64,000 nt of DNA from the human T2T-CHM13v2.0 reference genome, Homo sapiens, in NCBI RefSeq assembly GCF_009914755.1, contig NC_060940.1; one strand, 5' to 3'. Shown piece after piece: positions 23,265-38,188 of this stretch (position 1 is its first letter; each line of letters starts with the position of its first letter). Below the pieces are notes generated by a model that saw only the letters and a list, made by a program, of their open reading frames with translations, was not told the origin of the DNA and ran no database searches. Both the position numbers and the translations under genes were made by a program.

Positions 23265-24872
23265 TTAAGGACCTCTTCAATGAGAACTACAAACCACTGC
23301 TCAAGGAAATAAGAGAGGACACCACTGACTTTCTTCAAAGAAATAAAAGAAACTACTTTAAATTTCATATGGAACTAAAAAGAGCCAAGACAATCCTAAG
23401 CAAAAAGAACAAAGCTGGAGGCATCATGCTATCTGACTTCAAACTATACTACAAGGCTACAGTAACCAAAACAGCATTGTACTGGTGCCAAAACAGATAT
23501 ATAGACCAATGGAACAGGACAGATGCCTCCAAAATAACACCATGTATCTACAGCCATCTGATTTTCAACAAACTTGACAAAAACAAGCAATGGGGAATGA
23601 ATTCCCTATTAAACAAATGGTGCTGGGAAAACTGGCTAACCATATGCAGAAAACAGAAACTGGACCCCTTTCTTACACCTTATACAAAAATTAACTCAAA
23701 ATGCATTAAAGATTTAAATGTAAAACCTAAAACCATAAAAACCCTAGAAGAAAACCTAAGCAATACCATTCAGGACATAGGCATGGGCAAAGACTTCATG
23801 ACTAAAACTCCAAAAGCAATTGCAACAAAAGCCAAACTTGACGAACAGGATCTAATTAAACTGAAGAGCTTCTGCTCAGCAAAAGAAACTATCATCAGAG
23901 TGAACAGACAACCTACAGAATGGGAGAACATTTTTGCAGTCTCTCCATCTGACAAAGGTCTAATATCCAGAATCTACAAGGAACTTAAACAAATTTACAA
24001 AAAAAAATCAAAAATTGGGCAAAGGATATGAACAGACACTTCTCAAAAGAGGACATTTATGCAGCCAAGAAACATGAAAAAAAAGCCCATCATCACTGGC
24101 CATCAGAGAAATGCAAATCAAAACCACAATGAAATACCATTTCATGCCAGTTAGAATGGCAATCATTAAAAAGCCTGGAAACAACAGATGCTAGCAAGGA
24201 TGCAGATAAACAGGAATGCTTTTACACTGTTGATGGGAGTGTAAATTAGTTCAACCATTGCAGAAGACAGTGTGGCGATTCCTCAAGAATCTAGAACCAG
24301 AAATACCATTTGACCCAGCAATACCATTACTGGGTATGTACGCGAAGGATTATAAATCATTCTACTATAAAGAGACATACACATGTATGTTTATTGCAGC
24401 AATATTTACAATAGCAAAGACTTGGAATCAACCCAAATCCAAATGTCCATCAATGATAGAATGGATAAAGAAAATGTGGCACACAGACACCATGGAATAC
24501 TATGCAGCTATAAAAAAGAATGAGTTCGTGTCCTTTACAGGGACATGGATGAAGCTGGAAACCATCATCCTCAGCAAATTAACACAGGAACAGAAAACCA
24601 AACATTGCATGTTCTCACTCACAAGTGGGAGTCGAACAATGAGAACACATGGACACAGGGAGGGGACCATCACAAACCAGGGCCTGTCGGGGGGGTGGGG
24701 GGCAAGGGAAGGGAGAGCATTAGGGCAAATACCTAATGCATGCAGGGCTTAAAACCTAGATGATGGGTTGATAGGTGCAGCAAACCACCACGGCACATGT
24801 ATACTTATATAACAAATCTGCACGTTCAGCACATGTACCCCAGAACTTAAAGTAAAATTTAAAAAAATAATA
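23265..24872 (+). mobile_element. L1PA (PA7/8-like) 3' ~1.6 kb: disrupted ORF2 C-terminal part, 3' UTR and A-tail
   Basis: ORFs 23219-24031 and 24258-24752 are L1 ORF2 ([18 protein letters not shown]; [26 protein letters not shown]); tail agaacttaaagtaaaatttaaaaaaataataa. Confidence 0.95.
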
Positions 24873-25739
24873 ATGTTTAAGTCTTTATTTTAAACTCACT
24901 TTTGGGAGGATATAAGAGAAATGTTCACTATTTCTGTGTGCATATTTAGTTTTTTTCTACACCATTTTTTGATGTGTCTATCTTTTCCTAATTCTGTGGG
25001 ATCAGTTGAGTATATATGTGTGTTTATTTCTGGGTCCTCTATTCTGTTCCATTGGTTTTTATGTAGTCAATATACTATTTTGATGACTACACTTTTGAAA
25101 TATAGTTTGAAATCAGGAGGTTTCAGGCTTTCAGCCTTTTTGTTCTAAGTATTTGTCTATTAGGGGTCTTTGGTGGCTCCTTACTAATTTTACAAATGTT
25201 TGTTCTACATTTTTTAATGGCATTAAAATTTTGAAGGAAATTTATTTAGCTCCGTAGATTACTTTTTGTACTATATTTTAACAATATTAATTTTTGGAAT
25301 CCATTAAAACAGGGTATATTTCACATTTTGTATTCTTTAATTTCTTTCCTCAACATTTCATAGCTTTCAGTAGGCATATCTTTGATATTCTTGGTTAAAC
25401 TTGTTCTATTTAATGAATTATTTCATTCCATTTGATAATATTGTAAATGGAATTGTTTTCTTTATTCCTTTTTCAGATTTTTTTGTTACTGTAAAAAAAC
25501 TGCAACTGATTTTCATGTTAATATCACATCCTGCGACTTTACTGAATTACTTTCTTAGCTTTAACAGGGTAGTGTTGTTGTTGTTGCTGTCAGTAAAATG
25601 GCAGGTATTCTTAACCCTAGTTACACTTCAAATTGATAGTTGCTATTATCATTTCACGATTCTTTAAAATATGACCAGACGGGTTTCTGCTGTTATAAAT
25701 TCAGTGAAATTCAAATGTTCCCATATAAAATAATTTTGT

Positions 25740-26800
25740 CAGTGCCTGGAAATGGGGGGTACCCCATGGGAGCCAGAAAATTCAGGATGGGGAAGGAGAA
25801 GTTGTGCGGGGGAACCAGAGAGGGTCTCCGGGGTCAGTATGGAGGAGAGGGGGTCGTGTTGGAGACCCAGTGGGAAGAGAGAACGGGCCAGAAAAGGGGT
25901 GAAGGGTGGGAGCGGGCAACAGGACTGCTTCCCGACCCGGGCAGATGGCAGGGAAATTTGCTAAAACTGCAGGCCCCAGGGAACAGTGCAGGCAGGGTGG
26001 GAGGGAGTGGAGAGGACCAGGTGGACCCCAAGTTCAACGTGGAGAGAGACATTTCCTGGTTCCTTCACCTCGGCCCAGCATTCTGCGGACATGGCCCCCC
26101 AGGGAGGCAGTTCCCAGCCGGCTCGGAGAGCTGAGGGGAGCACAGTCGTTTCGCAGGGCCAGGGTGACAGCAGAAACAAGAGATGGCTGTGGATCCCGCT
26201 GGCCCCGTGGGTGGACGGGGCGGGGGCGGGGACGGGGCCGAGCGCTTGTGGCCCAGCGCTGGGGCCTGCAGGTGGCCCTGGAGGAATCCACTCACACTTA
26301 CAGTGGGCCTTCCAGGAGACCAGTGTGGATCGCGCCTTGGAGACGCCCTTCCCAGCTGGAACATTTGTAAGGCTGGAATTTAAACTCTTGAAAACAAGGT
26401 GCCGGAAGAAGAACTGGAAGAAACCCGAGTGCAAAGTCCAACCCAAGGGGAGTAAGCGGAAATGCCTGGCCTGCGTCAAACTGGGCTCTGAGGATAAGGT
26501 TGCGGCCTGGATGGTCACTGCTCTATAGAGACGCAGGCTCTGCGGGACCCTGAGGAGCACCAACGACCCCGTGAAGCAAGGCCGAGCGGACGGTGAGGAC
26601 CCCACAGCTACTGCTTCCCTGCACAGTTCACCTTCTCAAAGGCCTGGCCCCCAGCTGAGCCCAGCGCTGAATTGCAGGGGGTCTCCTGGACCACTGCCGG
26701 AGGTGACCAGTGGAAGACCCCACCTCCCAGGGAGAGAACCCCACTATACCCCCAGCTAATAAAGCTGCTCCCCCAACCAAAATAAATAAATAAAAATTGA
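25740..26800 (+). pseudogene. RARRES2P: RARRES2 (chemerin) processed pseudogene with a long GC-rich 5' leader
   Basis: QWAFQETSVDRALETPFPAGTFVRLEFKLLKTRCRKKNWKKPECKVQPKGSKRKCLACVKLGSEDKV matches chemerin. Start codon reads AAG (26178-26180); intronless; frameshifts; AATAAA at 26758-26763 followed by an A-rich tail. Confidence 0.95.
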
Positions 26801-27249
26801 TTAAGAAAATTTTGTTTGGTCTTTGAAAATAATGTGTATGCTCCGTTTAGTGGTCAACACAATGCCCATTTATCTATATGCCTAATTAGTCAAACTTTTT
26901 AATGAAGTTATTTAACGTTATGATCCTTTAGTATGAAACAAAATGTTAAATTTGATAATGGTTTTAATAGCACGTAATATGCTTGAAAATATGTCAATTT
27001 GTGATTGCCAATGAATCTTTGTGTTATTTTACGATGTGGGATACTCTGTCTACAAATGTCTAATGGCTTAGAATCTTGCCTTGCACATTGTCTGTGCTAA
27101 GTACTAGCTATTCTAATTCATCACATTATCTTTTTATACCATTCTTAAAATACAATATTATTTTATGTTTATTTTTATTAAAGTTATTTTTCTGCCTAAT
27201 CTAAATATTTATGAAAATTATGAGGTCTATTCAGTCTACACTCTTGATA

Positions 27250-29225
27250 AAGGTCAGTTTTTGTCCTCTTTATTAATACGCTAGAGGATACAAATGCACT
27301 TTCATTACAGGGACATGTCACATAGTGATTTAAGTATGAACTTTTGGTGTAACCATCATCTGAATGGTGCTTATTGTCCCAATTAGATATTTTCTCATTT
27401 CTAACCCCTCTACCAACCTCCCATCTTTCTGAGCCTCCAGTGTCTATTTTTCCAGTCTATATCCAAGTGTGTGCGTTATTGAGCTCCCACTTACAAGTGA
27501 GAAAATGTAATATTTTATTTTCTATTTCTGAGTTATTTTACTTACAATAATGGACTCCAGTTTCATTCATGTTGTTGCAAAAGACATTATTTTATTCTTC
27601 TTTATTGCTGAACAATAGTTCGTGGTATAAATGTGTAGCAAATTTTCTTTTTTCAATCATTAATTGCTAAATTTAAATTGACTCTATATCTGCCATTGTG
27701 AATAGTGCTGCAATAAACTTATAAGTGTGAGTATCTTCTTTATGTAATGAATTATTTTCATTTGGGTAGATACCCAGTAGTGGGAGTGCTGGATCAAATG
27801 GAAGTTCTATTTTTAGTTTTTTGAGAAATTTCTATACTGTTTTTCATAGAGATTGTAGAATTTTACATTTCCACAATGTATGAGTATTCTCTTTTCCCTG
27901 TATGCTTGCCAGTATCTGTCATTTTTCTGCTTTTTAATAATTAGCCATTAGGAATGGTGTAAAATGGTATTTCATTGTGGATTTTAATTGACATTTCTCT
28001 GACCATTGGCAATGTTGAGCATTTTTTACATGCTTGTTGGCCATCATTGTCTTCTTTTTGAAAAATATCTGTTCCCGTTATGTGCCTGCTTTTCAATGAG
28101 GTTACTTATTTTATTCCTGTTGATGTTTGATTTCCTTGTATATTCTGGACATAAGGTCTTCTTCACATGCATAGTTCACAAACATTTTTCTTATTCCATA
28201 GGTTGTCTGCTCACCTGTCAATTAAAAGCTTTTTTTCAGGAGCTTTTCAGTTTAATTAAGTTCCATTTGTCTATTTTTGGTATTGTTGTATCTACTTTTG
28301 AGATGGTCTTAGTTAAGAATTCCTTGCCCAGACAAATAACCAAAAGAGTTTATCATAGGGTTTCTTCTAGAGCTTTCATCATTTCACATCTTACATTTTA
28401 GTATTTTCATCTATATTGAGTTAATTTTTGTGTATGGTGAGAGTTAGGGGTACCATTTCATACTTCTGCATATGGCAATATAATTTTCCAGCATAATATG
28501 TTGAATACAATGTCATTTCCCCAGTGTGTGTTTGTTTTCACTTTGTAAAAGATCAGTTGTCTGTCGGTATGTGGCTTTATTTCTAGGTTCTCTATTCTGT
28601 TCCATTGATCTATGCAACTATTTGTATCAGTACCATACTGTTTTGGTTATTAAAGCTTTGTAGTACAATTTTTTAATCAGGTAATGTAATAGTAATATCT
28701 CCAACTTTGTTCTTTTTGTTTAAATTTGCTTTGGCTATTCAGGCTTTTCTATGGTTCCGTATGAATTTTTTAAAAATTTCTAATTCTATGAAAAATAACA
28801 TTGGCATTTTGGTAGGAATTGCATTTAATATGTAGATTGTTTGGTGTAGTATGGTGATTTGAATGATAATAATTCTTTCAATCCATGAGCATAGGATGTT
28901 TTTCTCATTTGTTTGTGTCATGTACAATTTATTTCCTCAGTGGTTTGTAGTTTTCCTCGTAGATATGTTTCACCGGTTTGATTAATTATATTTCTAGGTA
29001 TAATACCTTTTTTGTAGCTATTGTAAAAGGAATTGACATTTTAATTCAGCTCTCAGGTTGATTGTTATTAGTATATAAAAATGCTAATTTTTGAACATTG
29101 AGTTTTGTATCCTGAAACATTATTAAATTCATTTATCAAATCTAAAAGTTTTTTTGGTGGTCTTTAGATTTTTTTAGGTATAATATTATGTAATCATCAA
29201 AGACAAACAATTTGACTTCCTAATT
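27250..29225 (-). mobile_element. L1MA/L1PB-type element, 5'-truncated
   Basis: Antisense L1 3' UTR and ORF2; ORF 28739-28927 (NILCSWIERIII..NAIPTKMPMLFFIELE) is ORF2-like. Confidence 0.85.
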
Positions 29226-30784
29226 TAAACCATATGGATGCTCCCACCAAGATCAACAGACAGAATTTGTGCAAGGGCCACAGATGATGGTATTTCTCTA
29301 ACATGGTCATGTGATTATGGTTGGAAGCCTAGGCTGAGAAACACTTAGCTAAACATTGCCTCTCAAGTTTCAAGGTACATATAAATCATTTATGATTTCA
29401 GGCCTCTCTGTTAGTAATGTGATTCTGCAAGTTGGGAAGGGGGTCCATGAATTGGCTTCTTTAAAAAGTTTTCTCTTAATGCTGATATTTCTCCCAGTAC
29501 ATCCATTGTAGTATCACTCAGCTAGAGAAAGCAGGCACAGCACAGAGTTTCTGACACCCAACGCTCTTACCACAACATAAATATTTTTGGCCCAAGTGGA
29601 AACCACCAATACCATTCAGAAACATGTTAATGTCAGCTGGCTCTTTGAAGTTTACAGAGGCTAGAGAAGGCTTCAATGTTAAAGTAAGTCTGCATTTGAA
29701 AAACATGTACACATGAGTTAATACAATGTTTATTGAGCATGTACTATGTGTCCAGAAGTCTGTTACACAGCACTGTGCTGGAAACATCACATGATGTGAT
29801 TTAGTCCCCGTTGCTCACTGGGAGTTAGGTGTTAGGTGTCTGTAATTCTCAGGACTTAAGTGAAGAGCCCGACATTTCTATTTTTTCTTATATTTTAAAA
29901 CTTATTTACCTATAAAGAAAATGTGTAGAATAAAAGCTGTGTAGACAGATGACAGGAATACAGAAATAAACAGTGAACTGTTCAGAGGGTTTTTTTGGTA
30001 TTTATATTGACTTTCTTGTGCTTTGTAGAGCAACTACTGGATCTGCAGAAATAAAAAACAGGTTGCTAGGTGAGATGTCTCTAGATGCACTGGCTTCAGT
30101 GAAAAAGCAATTGTGGCCCACAGATAGATAATTATTTGCTCTCATTTATCTGTTTTTATTTTCAGGTAATTGTGGGCACCAGCTCAGGAGAGACAGCAGG
30201 AACCACCTCTCATATTTATGGTCTCTTTTAATTAGTTCTGTGAGAGGAGATTCTAGGGTGAGGCCAGACCAGGGTGAGGCCTTAGAAGAGGGTGGATCTG
30301 GGCAGGGCTGAGACAGAAAGTGGCTGATGTCTATGCTGGTGGAGTATTTCCAGTTCTGTCTTTCTTAAGCCTGCCCAATAGAAACTTGACTCTTAGAGTT
30401 TGTGTACTTTTAATCTATTTTAGCCATTTCCCTGTCAATTTTTATAACACACAATAACAAGGAATTTAATCAAAACTCTTAGAGTTTTTTAAGAAAATTA
30501 TATGAGAAGCTAAAAAAATTATTTTTACTGAGATAAAAGAAATAGGAATAATCACAACAATAGCAATAATTCTTCTGTCATGAATAGCTCTTCAGGTGGT
30601 GACATCAGAACTCACAACAACAGCATAAGGGAAGTGGAATAAATGCAGTCAAAGTCCCCTGTACACCGCCCTTCTCTCTTCTGACCATAGAATGTTGAAC
30701 TAAATCATTTAACCATTTGCTTGGGAATGAAAGTATCTGAACAGTAGCAACCATGAATGTTTCATCTGTTTTTCTAATAGTCGT

Positions 30785-31042
30785 GTGATAGAGTTTAAAA
30801 GTCCCCACCAAATCTCATATTAAATTGTAATCCCTAATGTTACAGGTGGGGCCTGGTGGGAGGTGGTTGAATCATGGGGATGGATTCCTCATGGTTCTGT
30901 GCTGTTCTTGTCATGGCGAGTACTCACGAGATCTGGTGGTTTACATGTGAGGCATATCCCTCCCCCATTTTTCTTGTTCCTGCTTGTACCATGGGAGATG
31001 CCTGCTTCTCTTTAATATTTCACTATTATTGTAAGCTTCTTT
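30785..31042 (+). mobile_element. MST-type MaLR LTR, 3'-truncated (paralogue at ~53680-53935)
   Basis: ccaaatctcatattaaattgtaatccctaatgtt..ggtggggcctggtgggaggtg is the MST 5' signature. Confidence 0.8.
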
Positions 31043-31045
31043 AGA

Positions 31046-31490
31046 TGTTAATGTTGCTACAAATTTAACTCAACTTCCTTATAAATTACCTGACAAAATG
31101 TTTTGTGTTTCATAAATATGATAAATAAATATATTACGACATTACAATATATTACATCATTTGTATTATGACATCACAATTTATTATGATATAATTCACA
31201 TGTATTATGACATCACCATGTAGTATGACATCACCATGTAGTGTGACATCATAATTGACATGTATTTTGACAGCATAATATATTATGACATCATAACTCA
31301 TGTTTATTATATCACAATGGTATGATATCATAATGTGCATTATGATATCACAATATATTATGATATCATAATTCATATACTATTATGACATCACAATATA
31401 TTATAATTCATGTAATTATATCATAATAACATAAAATTTTGTTAGGTAATTTTACAAGAAAATTGAGTTAAATTTTGTAACAACATTGAT
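31046..31490. repeat. AT-rich ~17-22-bp minisatellite (tattaTGACATCAcaa) enclosed by ~65-bp inverted repeats, copy 1
   Basis: Left arm tgttaatgttgctacaaatttaactcaacttccttataaattacctgacaaaat is near-complementary to right arm aattttgttaggtaattttacaagaaaattgagttaaattttgtaacaacattga. Confidence 0.85.
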
Positions 31491-31561
31491 CTATAAACTT
31501 AATAAAACCTAAGAATATTTCCTGCTTTTGTATAAACGACTGCTTTATGATATTATAACAT

Positions 31562-32122
31562 TGACAGAGCAGGAGCACCGTCACCTCTGACAAACACTGC
31601 CACTTTAAGTTCTAGCTCCCTTTCTAGCCTCATACATTTCAAAAAAATCACTTCTTTTCTAACTACAAGCAGCCAGAAAGAGCGGACAGTAAAACACAGA
31701 TAAGACAGCTTAGGCACAGAGAGAGGTGGGGGAAAAGTCTTTTGGGTAACTGCCAAACTTCAGCCTCATACAATGGGCCCCAGGAAAACAGTGGGCCTTA
31801 ATAAGCACATTTCTGTCCCTTCAGGTGCACTAAGATAGGGAAGCTAAAAGCAGACTTGGGAGGTATGTCTGCAGCTGCAAAAAGATGCGTGGGAAAAGAC
31901 ACACAACTCTTTCTCCCACATATGCACAATAAAGAAACATGGAAGCAGTCCAAGGCTCTGATAAACTCTCCCATTTTGAATCCTTAAAAACTCTTTGTCT
32001 GTAGAAAAGTGTGCCTCTGACCTAACTCTGCCAGATGCCACTCTCAAGTTTGTTTTCTCTAAAATAAACCTATCTTGACTGGCAAGCCAACTTCCGTGTC
32101 TCTTTCCTCTTTAATTCTTACA
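31562..32122 (+). mobile_element. Solo ERV1-type LTR specific to duplicon copy 1
   Basis: TG...CA termini, AACAT direct repeat at 31557-31561 and 32123-32127, AATAAA at ~32063; copy 2 has a single AACAT (54398-54402). Confidence 0.85.
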
Positions 32123-32912
32123 AACATGTCAAAATTTGTTTATATGTCAAATAAATTTTATGTGACATTATGTTATCAATATATAATGATATTATAAGTT
32201 ACATTTAAATCCTATTTACATTCAGACAATTTTATTAGAAAGTGTCTGTCTACCACCCTATATTTTTGGGGGTTCCACTATTTGCACAGCCAGCACACCT
32301 GGGAAAACACAGACTCACCCAGCACAGGCTCTTCCCTGAATCTTTCTCTTCCTCAGGGCATCACTTCATCAGTCAACCAAGTCATTTGACAGTGGAGACC
32401 GAGTACTCCCTAACACAAAAGGTCTCATTCCTGCATGCTTTTCTCAGAAGTCGGGGAAACAAGAAGGTGTTTTTCGGGGACACTAGCTGGGAAATACACT
32501 AAGCCTTCTACAGTTTGAGGGCTCTAACCAGCAGATACAGACTTCTCAGTAGGAATGGATAAGGCAGCTGTCCCAAACGTGGAGCTCCACCATACCTTGT
32601 CTCATCTCGTTTAGGCAAGTTTGAGAGGCTGCTCTGGAATATATCTCGATGGTGGATGTTGGGAAACAACACAGGCTTTCATGGGATTCAGGCGGTGTCT
32701 GTTGTGTAAAGACAGAAGCTGAATGCTAAGGATCCACGCTGTTTTTCTTGTGGTCAGTTGGGTTACCTGTGTAGGACCAAGTCCTTTTTTACTAGGGAGC
32801 TGAATAAATTCTACAGAACAAGGTAGAACTCCCAGGATGACTGACGGAGCATGAGAAATGGGGGAAGTTTATCTCTCTACCTAGAGTTTTTGCTACTTCA
32901 GGAATCACGGGC

Positions 32913-32969
32913 TGATTAAGTCACCACCAGCTCTAATCTAATCCAATTCAGTTGTGTTTGATCTAATTA
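32913..32969. promoter_or_regulatory. Cluster of DUX4-like motifs upstream of FRG2 copy 1
   Basis: TGATTAAGTCA (32913, reverse complement TGACTTAATCA), TAATCTAATCC (32934) and TGATCTAATTA (32959), compared with the DUX4 consensus TAAYYYAATCA. Confidence 0.55.
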
Positions 32970-33556
32970 TTGTCTCCATTTTTAAGGTAGAAAGGGCCAT
33001 TTTATTTGGTTTTTACTTTTTCTCCACATTTTTATTTTATCATATATGTATGTATCTAATACAACTGACCATAACTTTAATTTGACATTTCCAAGCATTT
33101 GAGAAATTATAGTATTTATGTATATGACTTTAACACTATATATAATTATCTTTCTTTGCAAAATGTAGACACATTTCAATATAGGTATGTTTAATTCTGA
33201 ATCTTGAAAGATAAGCAGTATCATAAATACTTTCATGTAGGAATTGGGAGAGAAATTAGAAAAAAATGATTCCCCTATCTTATGATTCCTGTGCCCCCAG
33301 CTTTATTTATTCTTCTTTTTATTTTTGACACTATGTCAAGACTCAGTAAATGTCTCCCCTTAACTGTGTTTAGGTCCCTAGTAAAACGACAGCCAGAAAC
33401 TTTTCTTATTGAGGCCCTAATGAGTGGCAGAAAAAAGAAAACTGTTCCACCAGTAAGAGTAAGCCACTCCCAGCCAAGGGACTTACAAAAGGCAGGTCCA
33501 CCAGAATCACACTCTGAATCTGGACATATAAGGGCACCTTTCACTTGAGCTTGAAC

Positions 33557-35305
<1,749 letters not shown>

Positions 35306-36237
35306 TAACAGAACCTGAAGCAGTCATAGGAAGGAAACTTGAACAATATACTCAAAATGGTGAACCCTGCATTTTGTAGAGGGCTAAGATTCTAAACAAA
35401 TTTTATATGTCTTGTTAGATATTTGATGTATTTTAGATGTCTGATAACTGTCATGCATTTCTATATAATCAAACAAATGTTAGAAGGTAATCATTCATAT
35501 GCCTTTGTGTATTTTAAATTGTAGCAAAATAAATATAAAATTATATGCTTCTCTTTTAATTTAGAAGAGGTTGTAGCCTCTCCTTCCCCCCACGCTGAAC
35601 CCATGGAGGACTAATATCCACAAACCTTTAATAGTACTCCCTACGGAAAAATGTCAATATGTTTCTACAGTGCAATAAAATTATGGTGAAATCACTACAC
35701 AAGTGTTTACTATTAATATGTATTTTTACATAAAAGTGAAGTCAAGATATGTTAAATGTAATTCATCATATTTATTTATTCTTCACCTGACTCATATTTG
35801 CCTCATTTTAAATTTTCTAAATTTAGACTTCCTTCTATTTTATACATTTCTGTTGGTCATACTGTATTGTAGAATATTAAATGTAATATATATTATCATT
35901 TATTTTACATATTGCTATATTTTATAGTTTTTCTTCTTGCATTTTACAGTGAGATTATGAAATCTTTCATCTAAATGTATTTTTGTTTTACTCTTTGCCT
36001 CATAATTTATATATATAATGATATAAACATTAATGTTTCTGAGACTCTTCAATTTTAAATAATTTTATATTTAATCCATACTGAATTTGTATTACTCCAT
36101 GTGTGACTTAGAGGACTTTTTATCTTCACTTCTTCTATATTTTTACCCCAACCTCTCCACACTCCGCAGCTCTTGTTTTCAGTCAAAGAATAGTGATTTA
36201 TCATTACAGTAAATAAAGCCGATTCAATGAAAATATA

Positions 36238-36600
36238 CAGATATATCTTGGAGATATCTGGCTTTTGCTCTAGAGCAGGGCGATTAAACAAATATCACAA
36301 TAATGTGAGTCACACAGCTTTTCTTGTTTCCCATTGCATATAAGAGTGATGTTTACACTATACTGTAGAATAAGACTGAAACAGCCTATGTTTATAATAA
36401 CAATGTATATACCTTGATAAAAAATGTACTTTATTGTTAAAAATGCTGACACAGATATACACACACACAAAGGTCACATGATGTTGGAAAAATAGTGTTA
36501 ATAGAGTCGCTCAATGTAGGGTTGCAAAAAACCTTCAATTTGTAAGAAATTCAATATCTATGAAGCACAATAAAGTGCAATAAGACATGGTATGCCTATG
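36238..36600. mobile_element. Internally deleted Tigger1-like DNA transposon (paralogue at ~57900-58261)
   Basis: Both termini recognisable (cagatata.cttggagatat... and ...ggtatgcctg). Confidence 0.7.
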
Positions 36601-36719
36601 TAACAAACTATTCACTAGTGATATACTCAGAAATCATACATAAATGATATTTACATAGGTATAAAAGTAATTAACAAGTTATAGTATGGGTGGGAGATAA
36701 AAATTACAATGTGATTTAT

Positions 36720-37441
<722 letters not shown>

Positions 37442-37831
37442 TAAAATAAACTAGCCATACATAAATCTAACAAAAATTTGTAAAGCATATGAGAAGTATG
37501 ATAAAAAGTCCTTGAAATATAGGAAAATCAGCATAAAAGAATGGAAAATCACATCATGTTCTAAGGTAGAAAAATGCAATATTGCTCAATCATTATTTTA
37601 TTAGAAGTAATTCATAAATTTAATTTTGTCCTAATAGTGATGCCATCTGGTATTGGAAGCAGGCATTTTATTGCAAAGTTCCTATAGATGAAAACATAAA
37701 TAAGAACAGCTGAGAAAACTCTGAAAACATAACCAGAGTGGTTATCCAACCCTATGAGACATGTTTATTTATGAATATATGGATAGCTCAGTGGAAGCAT
37801 AAATTCAAAGTAAACCACAATGCATGAGAAA

Positions 37832-38188
37832 GTGTCTTTGTTCAGGCTGCTGAAACAAAATACATTAGACTGGGTCATGTATAAATAACAGAAATGTATT
37901 GGCCACAGTTCTGGAGGCTGGAAAACTCAAGATAAAAGCACCAGCAAATTCAGTGTCTGGTGAGGGTCCTGTTTCTCACACGTGGTGCCTTCTTGCTGTA
38001 TCCTCCATGACAGAAGGGACAAGGGTGCTCCCTTCAACCTCTGTTACAGGGTATTAATTACATTTATGAGGATGAATCCCTCCTGAGTTAGTCACTTCCC
38101 TAAAGGTTCCATGTTTTAAAACTATCACTTTAGGGATTAAATTTTTCAAATGAGATTTTAGAAGGAGACATAAATTCAGACCATAGCA
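37832..38188. mobile_element. MLT1A/B-type MaLR LTR (paralogue at ~59482-59840)
   Basis: cacagttctggaggctggaaaactcaagat..cagtgtctggtgaggg signature. Confidence 0.8.

Larger units (their letters stand above)
21090..25560 (-). mobile_element. Old L1MA-type element (21090-22368 and 24892-25560) split by a younger L1PA composite; (TTTC)n tract at ~21446-21521
   Basis: Antisense L1 sequence is continuous across the insertion (ttcttatgtttaagtct ... ttttctacaccatttt). Confidence 0.75.

Noticed and set aside
23219-24031. 270-aa ORF, the longest in the window
   Set aside because: Truncated L1 ORF2 fragment with internal deletions; not a host gene or an active element.
25640-26759. Many overlapping 60-214 aa ORFs on both strands
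   Set aside because: By-product of the GC-rich RARRES2 pseudogene; the true ATG is lost and the frame is shifted.
31100-31430. Repeat-spacer-like pattern suggesting a CRISPR array
   Set aside because: Primate DNA; units are degenerate tandem repeats with no unique spacers and no cas genes.
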